A stretch of 64,000 nt of DNA from an uncultured Alphaproteobacteria bacterium (GTDB lineage Bacteria > Pseudomonadota > Alphaproteobacteria > HIMB59 > GCA-002718135), in the NCBI GenBank assembly GCA_902518705.1, contig CABYHW010000001.1:16798-80797 (forward strand), read 5' to 3'. A program made the position numbers and the translations under genes. Shown here piece after piece: positions 11,814 through 24,972 of the stretch (the first letter of the stretch is position 1; the number at the start of each line of letters is the position of its first letter). The notes below the pieces were generated by a model. It had not been told where the DNA came from. It made no database searches and saw only the letters and a program-made list of their open reading frames with translations.

Positions 11814-14567
11814 ATGGCAGACAATCTACAGGTATCAGCAAAAATCTCAGAAGAAAAAAGTGTAAATATTTTAACATTAAGTGTTGTACGTCGTGACGGA
11901 GCTATCACTCCTTTTAAATCGGAGAAAATTTCGAATGCTATTAAAAAAGCATTCTTAGCACAAACAAAAATTAGAAATGATAAAAATAAGGAAAAAGAAC
12001 AACAAGATGGAATTCATAAAACTGTCGAAGCTCTAACACATAAAGTTGTCTCAGCACTAACCAGAAGGATTGCTGATGGAGACATGATTCACATAGAAGA
12101 TATACAAGATCAAGTGGAATTAGCTCTTATGAGGGATGAGCATCATAAGGTTGCTAGAGCATATGTTTTATATAGAGAACAAAGAGCAGCCTCAAGATAT
12201 CACACTAAAAAACTAAAAGAACAAGTTGGAGAAAAAGCTTCTTCAATGATGGTAACTAAAAGAGATGGAAGTAAAGAGCCAATTTCACTCGATAAAATAA
12301 CAAATAGAGTCTCTGTTCTATCTACTGGTTTAAATATTGATCCAATTGTTGTTGTTCAAAAAGCAGTTCCAGGATTGTATAGTGATATTAGTTCTGCTGA
12401 AATTGACACTTATCTTGCTGAAACAGCAGCAGCTTTAACAGTTGAACATCCTGATTATTCTTACCTAGCAGCAAGAATAAAAGTTAATTCTCTTCATAAA
12501 GAAACTCCAGGCTTCATAATAGCTACAAAGAACTTATACGATGATGGTTTATTGAGAGAAGATTATTATAAAAAAGTGATGGAAAATTCAGATGCAATAG
12601 AATCAGTGATTGATTATGACAAAGATTATACCTTTGATTATTTTGCTCTTACTACACTAATCAGGGCATATTTATTAAAGTTTGATAATAAAACAATTGA
12701 AAGACCTCAAGACCTATGGATGAGAGTAACTTTAACAGTTACCGGTAATGAGTTTAATTTAGATAAAATAAAAGAAACTTATAAAAATTTATCAACTGGT
12801 ACGTATACACATGCCACTCCAACATTGTTTAATAGTGGATTAAAAATGCAGCAATTATCTTCATGTTTTTTAATAGGTATGGAGGATGACTCGATAGAAG
12901 GTATTTTTAATACTATAAAAGATTGTGCACTAATATCTAAAACTGCAGGTGGTATTGGCATGCACGCACACAACATTAGAGGTAGTGGAAGTAGAATAAA
13001 ATCTACAAATGGCAAATCTAATGGCCTTATTCCATTTTTGAAAATTTTTAATGAGACTGCTAAATCAGTTGATCAAGGCGGTGGTAAAAGAAAAGGTTCT
13101 TTTGCGGTTTACTTAGAACCTTGGCATGCCGATATTGAGAAGTTTCTAGAACTTAGGAAAAATACAGGTGCTGAAGAATTTAGAGCTAGAGACCTGTTCT
13201 ACGCTTTATGGATACCAGATTTATTCATGAAAAGAGTAGAAAACGATGAAGAATGGACCCTTATGAGTGAACATGAATGCCCAGGTCTTTCAGATGTGTA
13301 TGGTGATGAGTTTGAAAAACTTTACACTAAGTATGAAAATGAAATGAAGCATTTAGAAAAAATTAAAGCAAGAGATCTAATGTCTAAAATTATAGAAGCG
13401 CAGATAGAAACAGGACAGCCTTATATGCTCTATAAAGACTCAATCAATAACAAGTCCAACCAAAAAAATATTGGTGTTATTAAATCTTCAAACCTGTGTG
13501 CAGAGATAGTTGAATACTCTGATAAGAACGAGACATCTGTATGTAACTTGGCTTCTATAGCTCTGCCAAAATTTGTAAAAAAATCAGATAAAAAATTAAT
13601 ATATGACTATGATGCTCTTTATGAAACAGCAAAATTGGCTACAAAAAACTTAGATGAAGTAATTGATATTAATTTTTATCCAACTGATAAAACGGAAAGA
13701 TCTAATAATAAACACAGACCAATAGGTTTAGGAATACAGGGTCTTGCAGATGTCTACTTCAAGTTAGGAATAGCTTATGAGTCTGAAGAGGCTAAAGAAA
13801 TAAATAAATTAATTTTTGAAACAATTTACTTTGGAGCTTTAGAAGCTTCATGTGAATTAGCAAAAGAAAAGGGAGCATACGAAACATTTAAAAATTCACC
13901 AATTTCGGAAGGTAAATTTCAATTTGATCTGTGGAATGTTAACCCGTCTTCAAAATGGGATTGGGATGCGCTAAGAGCTAAAATTAAAGAGCACGGTGTA
14001 AGAAACTCTTTAACCACAGCTTGTATGCCAACTGCGTCAACAGGCATTATATTAGGTAACACTGAAACATTCCAAATACAAACCTCTAATATATATAAAA
14101 GACAAACACTCTCAGGTGAGTTCCTTCTTGTAAATAGATATTTGGTGAATGAACTTTCTCAAAGAGGACTGTGGAATAAAGATATGAGAGACAAAATAAT
14201 TTTAGAAAATGGATCGGTTGAAAACATAAATGAAATTCCTACTGAGCTAAAAGAAATCTATAAAACAGTTTGGGAAGTATCACAAAAAACTGTCATAGAT
14301 ATGTCAGCAGATAGAGCACCATTTATTGATCAAACCCAATCAATGAATCTTTGGCTTTCAACGCCTACATTTGGGAAAGTTAATTCAATGCATATGTATG
14401 CTTGGAAAAAAGGTCTTAAAACAGGAATGTATTATCTAAGAAGTAGATCAGCAGTTGATGCTGTAAAAGTTACAGTTTCATCAGAAAAAGCAGCAAAAGA
14501 TGCTTATATAAATACTGCTATTAAACAAAACAATGAACCAGAAGATTGCGAAACTTGCAGTGCATAA
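11814..14567 (+). CDS. nrdA: class I ribonucleotide reductase alpha subunit with two ATP-cones
   Basis: QLSSCFL, SNLCAEI, VCNLAS, PTAST, KTGMYYLR, C-terminal CETC; two VxK/RRDG cones. Confidence 0.97.
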   Translation: MADNLQVSAKISEEKSVNILTLSVVRRDGAITPFKSEKISNAIKKAFLAQTKIRNDKNKEKEQQDGIHKTVEALTHKVVSALTRRIADGDMIHIEDIQDQVELALMRDEHHKVARAYVLYREQRAASRYHTKKLKEQVGEKASSMMVTKRDGSKEPISLDKITNRVSVLSTGLNIDPIVVVQKAVPGLYSDISSAEIDTYLAETAAALTVEHPDYSYLAARIKVNSLHKETPGFIIATKNLYDDGLLREDYYKKVMENSDAIESVIDYDKDYTFDYFALTTLIRAYLLKFDNKTIERPQDLWMRVTLTVTGNEFNLDKIKETYKNLSTGTYTHATPTLFNSGLKMQQLSSCFLIGMEDDSIEGIFNTIKDCALISKTAGGIGMHAHNIRGSGSRIKSTNGKSNGLIPFLKIFNETAKSVDQGGGKRKGSFAVYLEPWHADIEKFLELRKNTGAEEFRARDLFYALWIPDLFMKRVENDEEWTLMSEHECPGLSDVYGDEFEKLYTKYENEMKHLEKIKARDLMSKIIEAQIETGQPYMLYKDSINNKSNQKNIGVIKSSNLCAEIVEYSDKNETSVCNLASIALPKFVKKSDKKLIYDYDALYETAKLATKNLDEVIDINFYPTDKTERSNNKHRPIGLGIQGLADVYFKLGIAYESEEAKEINKLIFETIYFGALEASCELAKEKGAYETFKNSPISEGKFQFDLWNVNPSSKWDWDALRAKIKEHGVRNSLTTACMPTASTGIILGNTETFQIQTSNIYKRQTLSGEFLLVNRYLVNELSQRGLWNKDMRDKIILENGSVENINEIPTELKEIYKTVWEVSQKTVIDMSADRAPFIDQTQSMNLWLSTPTFGKVNSMHMYAWKKGLKTGMYYLRSRSAVDAVKVTVSSEKAAKDAYINTAIKQNNEPEDCETCSA

Positions 14568-14581
14568 AGAAGGAGTAAAGA

Positions 14582-15571
14582 ATGATATCAAAAGGCGTTA
14601 AATCAATATTTCCAATAAAAAACCAAGAAATTTGGGATAGGTACAAACAACATATTCAAGCCTTTTGGACAACTGAAGAAGTATCTTTGCAAGATGATTT
14701 AAGAGATCTTGAAACTTTAAATGATGGTGAAAAGCATTTTATAAAGCACGTACTTGCATATTTTGCTAACTCCGAAGCAATGATTAATGAAAACTTAGCA
14801 AGTAGGTTCTACAAAGAAATTTTAATTCCTGAAGCAAGATGTTTTATATCTATACAAATGTTGAATGAGTCAATTCATGCAGAGATGTATGGTCTACAAA
14901 TTGAAGCTTATGTAAAAGATGCAAAAGAAAAAGACATGCTTTTTGATGCAATACAAAACGTACCATGTATTAACCATAAAGCACAATGGGTATCAAAATG
15001 GCTCAACGGTAGTCAAAATTTATTAACAAGACTAATAGGATTTGGATTAGTTGAAGGTTTATTTTTTGCAGGCTCTTTCTGTGCAATATATTATTTCAGA
15101 AAAAGAGGTTTATTACCTGGTTTAGCCTTATCTAACGACTGGATTGCAAGAGACGAGGGAATGCATTTTAGTTTCTCATCTCTAATGTTTAGAACTTTAA
15201 GAGATAAATTTAATAATAAAACATTAACTGATGCAGATATTAGTGATTTATCTTTGATACCCTCAGATGTGCCTCAATCACAATTTGAAGAAATTGTTAG
15301 AGAAGCAGTAGCATTTGAAAAAGAATTTGTAAGAGATGCTTTACCAGTAGATTTAATTGGTATGAATCAAGACTTAATGTGTCAATATATTGAAGCTGTT
15401 GCAGACAGAATTGCTGACCTATTTGAATTTGACAGAGTCTTTAAAACAGAAAATCCTTTTGATTTTATGAGAGCTTTAGATGTACAAAATGTTACTAACT
15501 TTTTTGAAAAAAGGGTATCTGAATATCAACGACCTACAGATAGAGCTTTAAGTTTTGATGAAGCATTTTGA
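14582..15571 (+). CDS. nrdB: class I ribonucleotide reductase beta subunit
   Basis: FWTxEEV, ESIHAEMY, VEGLFF, RDEGMH, NFFEKRVSEYQ; AAGGAG RBS. Confidence 0.96.
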   Translation: MISKGVKSIFPIKNQEIWDRYKQHIQAFWTTEEVSLQDDLRDLETLNDGEKHFIKHVLAYFANSEAMINENLASRFYKEILIPEARCFISIQMLNESIHAEMYGLQIEAYVKDAKEKDMLFDAIQNVPCINHKAQWVSKWLNGSQNLLTRLIGFGLVEGLFFAGSFCAIYYFRKRGLLPGLALSNDWIARDEGMHFSFSSLMFRTLRDKFNNKTLTDADISDLSLIPSDVPQSQFEEIVREAVAFEKEFVRDALPVDLIGMNQDLMCQYIEAVADRIADLFEFDRVFKTENPFDFMRALDVQNVTNFFEKRVSEYQRPTDRALSFDEAF

Positions 15572-15810
15572 TGGAAGCAGAGATATACTCTAAAACTAAT
15601 TGTGGATACTGTGATAGAGCTAAACTACGATTAGCTAAATTTAATCCAAAAATTTATATGCTTGATACAGATTATACGAGAGAAGATTTTTTTGAAAAGT
15701 TTCCGAACGCTAAAACCTTTCCCCAAATAATTTTAAATGGTGAAAAAATTGGAGGTTATCATGAACTTGAAAAATGGTTTGAAATGAATACCTTTGACGA
15801 AGAATTCTAA
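15568..15810 (+). CDS. RNR-associated glutaredoxin
   Basis: CGYC active site, TFPQI, IGGY; start overlaps nrdB stop. Confidence 0.92.
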   Translation: MMEAEIYSKTNCGYCDRAKLRLAKFNPKIYMLDTDYTREDFFEKFPNAKTFPQIILNGEKIGGYHELEKWFEMNTFDEEF

Positions 15811-15935
15811 ATAACCTTTTTTTTTCCTTTTCTTGAGTAAGTTTTTTTATTTCTAACAATTCTTTGTTTGTACTTAGGTAGTTTTAAATCTTGAGCAAAG
15901 GGATTTCTTTTCTTAATTTTTTTTTTTATTTCCAT
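15807..15935 (-). CDS. small basic ArfA-like protein (42 aa, not in ORF track)
   Basis: MEIKKKIKKRNPFAQDLKLPKYKQRIVRNKKTYSRKGKKKVI*; fills the grx-polA gap, starting 10 nt after the polA stop. Confidence 0.65.
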   Translation of the reverse strand: MEIKKKIKKRNPFAQDLKLPKYKQRIVRNKKTYSRKGKKKVI

Positions 15936-15945
15936 ATAATGTAAT

Positions 15946-18687
15946 CTAATGTGCCTGTCCCCAATGATCACCAGTACCAAAATCAACAGTGAGTGGAACT
16001 GAAAAATCTTTGTATTTTAAATGTACAGACTCCATAATCTTTTTTACATTACTTACTAAATTTTTATATTTTTTAGTTTCGACTTCAAAGATTAGTTCAT
16101 CATGTACTTGTAAAAGCATTTCAGCCTCAATATTTTTAAGTTTTATTTCCTTATGAATTTCAATCATAGCTAACTTAATAATGTCTGCTGCACTACCTTG
16201 GATTGGTGCATTAATAGCTTGTCTTTCTGCAAAACCTCTAACAGCAAAATTCTTATCGGCAATTCCCTTAATATTAATTTTCCTTTTAAAAATTGTTTCA
16301 ACGTATTGATTTGTTTTTGCGAAATCAATTTGATGCTCCATATATTTTTTAATTTTTGGATATTTAATAAAATACTCATTTATGTAATCTTTTGCTTCTG
16401 TATTGGAAATATCAAGTTGTTTAGCTAAACCATATGGACTGATTCCATATAAAATACCAAAATTAATTGCTTTTGCTTTTCTTCTATAATCGTTGTTTAT
16501 TTGACTATCGTTTAAATTAAATATTTCTTTAGCAGTTGATGCATGAATATCCTCATTGTTTTTAAAAGCTTTAATAAAATTTTTATCACTAGAAATTTCT
16601 GCGGCTAATCTAAGCTCTATTTGAGAATAATCAAAACTGACTAATTTTTTTCCTTTTCCACTAACAAAAGCTGTTCTTATTTTTTTTCCATTTTCTGTTC
16701 TAATTGGGATATTTTGAAGATTTGGATCTGTAGAGCTTAATCGACCTGTTAATGTATTAGCTAAACCAAATGATGTATGAACTCTACTTTTGCCATCTGT
16801 TAATCTAAATAAAGCATCTGTATAAGTTGATTTAAGTTTAGTTAATTCTCTCCAATCAAGCACAAGTTGAGCAATTTCATGTCCATCTGAGGCTAAATTA
16901 TTTAAAGTTGAAGAATCAGTAGAATAGGTGCCTGATTTTGTTTTTTTACCACCCGGTATTTTAAGATTAATAAATAATATTTCTCCTAACTGTTTAGGTG
17001 ATCCAATATTGAATTCTTCTTTTGAAAGTTTATAAATATTTTTTTCAAGTTTTTTACTTTCATTTTCAAATTCATTACTTAGACTTGTTAAAAAGTTTTT
17101 ATTGACCTCAATACCATTAGCTTCAATTGAAGATAATACCTCTACAAGTGGTAAATCAATATTTTTATAAACAAAATTAGCTTTTTCTTTTATTAAACGA
17201 GGGTAAAGATTTTGAAAAAGCCTAAACGTTAACAAAGAATCTTCAGCTGCATAATTAATTGCGTTATCAATAGTTACTTTATCAAAAGTAATTTCATTCT
17301 TCCCTGTGCCAACGACTTCTTTATATTTGATTGTTGTATGATTTAAATGATTAAATGAAAGATCATCTAAATTGTGTTTAAAAATACCATTATCAATTGA
17401 GTAGGAAATTAACATTGTATCTGCAATTGAATTAAAAGTTACTCCATACTTTTTTAAAATTCTAATATCATACTTTATGTTCTGACCAATTTTTAAGATT
17501 GATTCATTTTTGCAAATTTTTTTAATATGATTAATTACATATTGTTCCTCTAGTTGATTATCAATTTTTTTTGACCCATCTAAAGTAGTATGATTTATAG
17601 GAATATAATAAGAAATGATTTCGCTACAACAAATTGATATCCCAACTAACTTAGCCTTTTCTATATTGAGTGAATTAGTTTCAGTATCAATAGCGAATAT
17701 GCCTTTTTTTTCAATTTCGCTTAAAACATCTTCAAAATCGTTCTTTGAATTAATTAATTGATATTTTGGTTCTATTTCTTTTTTTTGAATAATATTATCA
17801 TTATCACTAGATATAAAAGAATTAGATTTTAATCTATCAGATGTTGATCTAAAACCCTGTTCTTTAAGGAACTTAAAAATATTATTATTTTCATTTTTTA
17901 GTTCGTTGTATGTTTTTATTTTTTTGATACTTTCATCTATTTTGACATCATTCTTTAGTGTTACAAGTTCTAAACTTAATCTGATATCCTTTTCTGCATC
18001 TGTTAAAATATTTCTTCTTTTTTCTTGTTTAATTTTATCGATATTTTTTAGTAAACCTTCAATATTATCAAATTCATTTATTAACTGAGCTGCTGTTTTA
18101 GGCCCAATACCAGGTGCACCTGGAATATTATCTACTTTGTCTCCTGTTAGCGCTTGAATAAAGATAACCTTATCAGGCTTGACTCCAAATTTTTCTTCAA
18201 CATCTTTAATTTCTATTTTTTTATTTTTCATTGGATCAAGCATTGTTACATTTTTACTAACTAGCTGCATTAAATCTTTATCTGATGAAACTATGATAGT
18301 TTCAATTTTATCTTTTTCTGCTAAGCTTACATAAGTAGCTATTAAATCATCAGCTTCAAATCCTTCTATTTCTAATTGCGGTATATTAAAACTCTTTACA
18401 CACTCTCTTATTAAAGGGAATTGTGGTATTAAATCATCAGGAGCCTCTCCTCTATTTGCTTTATATTCTGGATAGATTTGATTTCTAAAATTTTCTCTCG
18501 CAGCATCAAAAATAACTATCATTTTATCATTACTGTAATCCTCTATGAGCTTAACAAGCATATTAGTAAAACCAAAAACAGCGTTGATTGGAGTACCATC
18601 TGCACGATTCATAGGTGGTAATCCATAATAAGCTCTAAATATATAGGCAGAACCATCAACTAATATTAATCTACTCTTTGTATTCAT
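15946..18687 (-). CDS. polA: DNA polymerase I
   Basis: 5'-3' exonuclease (LVDGS, EADD), DTET 3'-5' exonuclease, DYSQIELR, AKAINFGILYG, QVHDEL. Confidence 0.98.
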   Translation of the reverse strand: MNTKSRLILVDGSAYIFRAYYGLPPMNRADGTPINAVFGFTNMLVKLIEDYSNDKMIVIFDAARENFRNQIYPEYKANRGEAPDDLIPQFPLIRECVKSFNIPQLEIEGFEADDLIATYVSLAEKDKIETIIVSSDKDLMQLVSKNVTMLDPMKNKKIEIKDVEEKFGVKPDKVIFIQALTGDKVDNIPGAPGIGPKTAAQLINEFDNIEGLLKNIDKIKQEKRRNILTDAEKDIRLSLELVTLKNDVKIDESIKKIKTYNELKNENNNIFKFLKEQGFRSTSDRLKSNSFISSDNDNIIQKKEIEPKYQLINSKNDFEDVLSEIEKKGIFAIDTETNSLNIEKAKLVGISICCSEIISYYIPINHTTLDGSKKIDNQLEEQYVINHIKKICKNESILKIGQNIKYDIRILKKYGVTFNSIADTMLISYSIDNGIFKHNLDDLSFNHLNHTTIKYKEVVGTGKNEITFDKVTIDNAINYAAEDSLLTFRLFQNLYPRLIKEKANFVYKNIDLPLVEVLSSIEANGIEVNKNFLTSLSNEFENESKKLEKNIYKLSKEEFNIGSPKQLGEILFINLKIPGGKKTKSGTYSTDSSTLNNLASDGHEIAQLVLDWRELTKLKSTYTDALFRLTDGKSRVHTSFGLANTLTGRLSSTDPNLQNIPIRTENGKKIRTAFVSGKGKKLVSFDYSQIELRLAAEISSDKNFIKAFKNNEDIHASTAKEIFNLNDSQINNDYRRKAKAINFGILYGISPYGLAKQLDISNTEAKDYINEYFIKYPKIKKYMEHQIDFAKTNQYVETIFKRKINIKGIADKNFAVRGFAERQAINAPIQGSAADIIKLAMIEIHKEIKLKNIEAEMLLQVHDELIFEVETKKYKNLVSNVKKIMESVHLKYKDFSVPLTVDFGTGDHWGQAH

Positions 18688-18718
18688 TGTAAATTTAAAT
18701 ATATAAGATTTTAATAAA

Positions 18719-19645
18719 ATGTCAGATTATAAATATTCAATAGAAGCTAAAAATGTAAATAAAACTTTCTTAAAAAAAAATCAGAAAGTTAAAGCCTTGA
18801 TAGATTTTAATATTACTATTGAAAGAGGTACAATTCACGGTTTATTAGGCCCAAATGGTGCCGGAAAATCAACATTTATTAATGTGCTGGGAGGTTTAGT
18901 AAAAAAAAACTCAGGTAAAGTCAATATTTGTGGAATTGATATAGATAAAAATATTAAATTAAGTAAATTTAAAATTGGTATAGTTCCCCAAGAACTTAAT
19001 ATAGATCCCTTCTTTTCTCCTGCAGAGTTATTAGAGCTACAAGCAGGTTTATATGGTGTGCCAAAAAGGAAAAGAAAAACTGATGAAATTTTAGAAAATT
19101 TAAAATTATCAGATCAAAGAAATTCATATGCTAGAACCTTGTCAGGGGGTATGAGAAGAAGATTATTAATTGGTAAGGCATTAGTTCACGATCCTGAAAT
19201 CATCATTTTAGATGAACCAACAGCTGGTGTAGATATTGATATTAGAGCTTCTGTTTGGGATTATATAAAAAGAATAAGTAATCAGGGTAAAACTGTATGC
19301 TTAACCACACATTATTTAGAAGAAGCAGAAAATTTATGTGACAATATTTCAATAATTAATCACGGAAAAAAAATTATTGAGGGATCCAAAAAAGATTTAC
19401 TAAATATTATATCTACTAAAACGGTTTCATTTGTTCTAGAAAGAAATATATTAGTTCCCAATCAGTTAAATGAATTTAAACCTATTCTTACTAATAATAT
19501 TTTAAAATTAAGCTATGATAAAAACAAAACTAATATTAAAAATATTATTGATATACTTATTAAAAATCAAATTGATTTCAGAGAAATTAATACATCCGAG
19601 GGAGATTTGGAGGATGTTTTCTTAAAGGTAATTAAAGATAAATAA
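18719..19645 (+). CDS. ABC-2 type transporter ATP-binding protein
   Basis: GPNGAGKST, LSGGMRRR, LDEPTAGVD; no adjacent permease. Confidence 0.9.
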   Translation: MSDYKYSIEAKNVNKTFLKKNQKVKALIDFNITIERGTIHGLLGPNGAGKSTFINVLGGLVKKNSGKVNICGIDIDKNIKLSKFKIGIVPQELNIDPFFSPAELLELQAGLYGVPKRKRKTDEILENLKLSDQRNSYARTLSGGMRRRLLIGKALVHDPEIIILDEPTAGVDIDIRASVWDYIKRISNQGKTVCLTTHYLEEAENLCDNISIINHGKKIIEGSKKDLLNIISTKTVSFVLERNILVPNQLNEFKPILTNNILKLSYDKNKTNIKNIIDILIKNQIDFREINTSEGDLEDVFLKVIKDK

Positions 19646-19664
19646 AGTTTTAGAAATTTACTAA

Positions 19665-20192
19665 TTATTCTCTGGGAGCGTGTTTATTTAAAATTCTTTG
19701 TAAGGTACGTCTATGCATCCTTAATCTTCTAGCAGTCTCAGAAACATTTCTATTACATTGTATAAAAACTCTTTGAATATGTTCCCATCTTATCCTATCA
19801 GCTGTCATTGGGTTTTCAGGTGGTGGAGGAAGAACTTCTTTAGAATTGGTTAAAGCATCATAAATTTGATCAATTTCAGCAGGCTTAGGTAAGTAGTCTA
19901 TTGCTCCAGATTTTATTGCTGCCACAGCTGTAGCAATGTTACCATAACCCGTCAAAAGTAAAGATTTAGTTTTTGGACTTATTTTTTGAAATTCTTTTAT
20001 TAATTCTAATCCCGATCCATCTTCCAATCTCATATCAACAACTGCATAATCAAAGTCTGTCTCATTTACTTTTGCCAGAGAGTCTTTGAAGCCTGGGGAA
20101 GAAATTACTTCAAACCCCTTTTTTTCCATAGATCTTGTTAATCTTTCCCTAAAAGGTAGGTCATCATCTACAATTAGCAATTTTATGTTCAT
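19665..20192 (-). CDS. regA: redox response regulator RegA/ActR/PrrA
   Basis: TGYGNIATAV, RWEHIQRV..CNRNVSETARRLRMHRRTLQRIL. Confidence 0.96.
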   Translation of the reverse strand: MNIKLLIVDDDLPFRERLTRSMEKKGFEVISSPGFKDSLAKVNETDFDYAVVDMRLEDGSGLELIKEFQKISPKTKSLLLTGYGNIATAVAAIKSGAIDYLPKPAEIDQIYDALTNSKEVLPPPPENPMTADRIRWEHIQRVFIQCNRNVSETARRLRMHRRTLQRILNKHAPRE

Positions 20193-21418
20193 ATATTTAA
20201 GATAGAGTTATCAAAAATAATTTCAACATTAGCATTATTATCTTTAGAATTATAAAATTTAAGATTACCACCCATATTTTCTATCAGGTTTTTTGCTATA
20301 AATATGCCTAGTCCCATGCCATTTTTATTTTTCGAAATATATGGTTCTCCTAATTTATCAATAATATCTTTAGAAAATCCACTACCATCATCAGATATGA
20401 TAATATTAACATTTGATTTTTGATAATTTAATTCTACTTTTGTTGTAGTAACAGAATAAAATATTGCGTTTTGAATAATATTTCCCAGAGCATACATTAT
20501 TTCATCTTTGTAAATTATTTCAGGCTCCGAAACTGAAGGTATAATTTCTAATATTAGTTTTTTATTTTTATTAAATTTATCAAAGTTTATTTTAATTAAA
20601 TCAGATATTTTTACTTTGTCTAAAAATTTATCCTTTAAATTTAAGGGGTTTTTAGAAAATCTTTTTAATATTTCTTTACATCTTTCTGCTTGAGATTTTA
20701 ATAAAATAATATCTTTTACAATATTTTGATCTTCGATTAATTTTTTTTCTTTAAGCAAGTCATTTAAAACTAAAAAGATTGTATTAAGAGGTGTGCCTAA
20801 TTCATGAGCAGCAGCTGCACTTAGAGAGCCTACCTCTGTCATTTTTTTTTGATTCAAAATTTGTAGTTTGGAAATCGATAACGCATTAGAGATTTTTCTT
20901 GAAGAACTTGCAAATAAATAGGCATAAATAGCAATAAAAATTACTGTTATAATTAAAGCTGAAATTAATCCAAAACTATAAATCTCTGGTAAGTAAAACT
21001 TAGGACCTAAATCAAGTGGAATAAAATAAAAATTTAATAATATGATAATTAGAATAGATATGGTTGATAGAATAACTGTCATTAATGCGGGTAGATATGA
21101 AGCTGATGTAATAACTGGTGCTAATATTAGTATAGAAAATGGATTTATAATTCCGCCAGTAAGAAAAAGTAAAAAACCTAATTGTAATGTATCATAAAGT
21201 AAATAAGAAAATGCTTTTAAATTACTTATTGTTTTATTTTTTCTTTCTTCATAATAAGAATAAAAATTTACTGCAACTGATAATAAAATTATTGAAAGAA
21301 TTTCAAAATAAGGAATTTGGATTTTTAAAACAAAAGATACAAATATAACTGCTAAAACTTGACCAAATATTGCTATCCATCTAATTTTAATTAGATTCCC
21401 AAGTAATATTGTATTCAT
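20189..21418 (-). CDS. regB: redox sensor kinase RegB/ActS/PrrB
   Basis: GGIINPF quinone-binding motif, AAAAHELGTPL, QAERC redox Cys. Confidence 0.93.
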   Translation of the reverse strand: MNTILLGNLIKIRWIAIFGQVLAVIFVSFVLKIQIPYFEILSIILLSVAVNFYSYYEERKNKTISNLKAFSYLLYDTLQLGFLLFLTGGIINPFSILILAPVITSASYLPALMTVILSTISILIIILLNFYFIPLDLGPKFYLPEIYSFGLISALIITVIFIAIYAYLFASSSRKISNALSISKLQILNQKKMTEVGSLSAAAAHELGTPLNTIFLVLNDLLKEKKLIEDQNIVKDIILLKSQAERCKEILKRFSKNPLNLKDKFLDKVKISDLIKINFDKFNKNKKLILEIIPSVSEPEIIYKDEIMYALGNIIQNAIFYSVTTTKVELNYQKSNVNIIISDDGSGFSKDIIDKLGEPYISKNKNGMGLGIFIAKNLIENMGGNLKFYNSKDNNANVEIIFDNSILNI

Positions 21419-21424
21419 TAAAAA

Positions 21425-24969
<3,545 letters not shown>

Positions 24970-24972
24970 ATT

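Noticed and set aside
11814-15810. RNR-grx as a prophage or giant-virus insertion
   Set aside because: Although the Grx and R1/R2 resemble viral or eukaryotic types, there is no integrase, att-like repeat or other viral gene, composition looks host-like, and host-type operator boxes are present.
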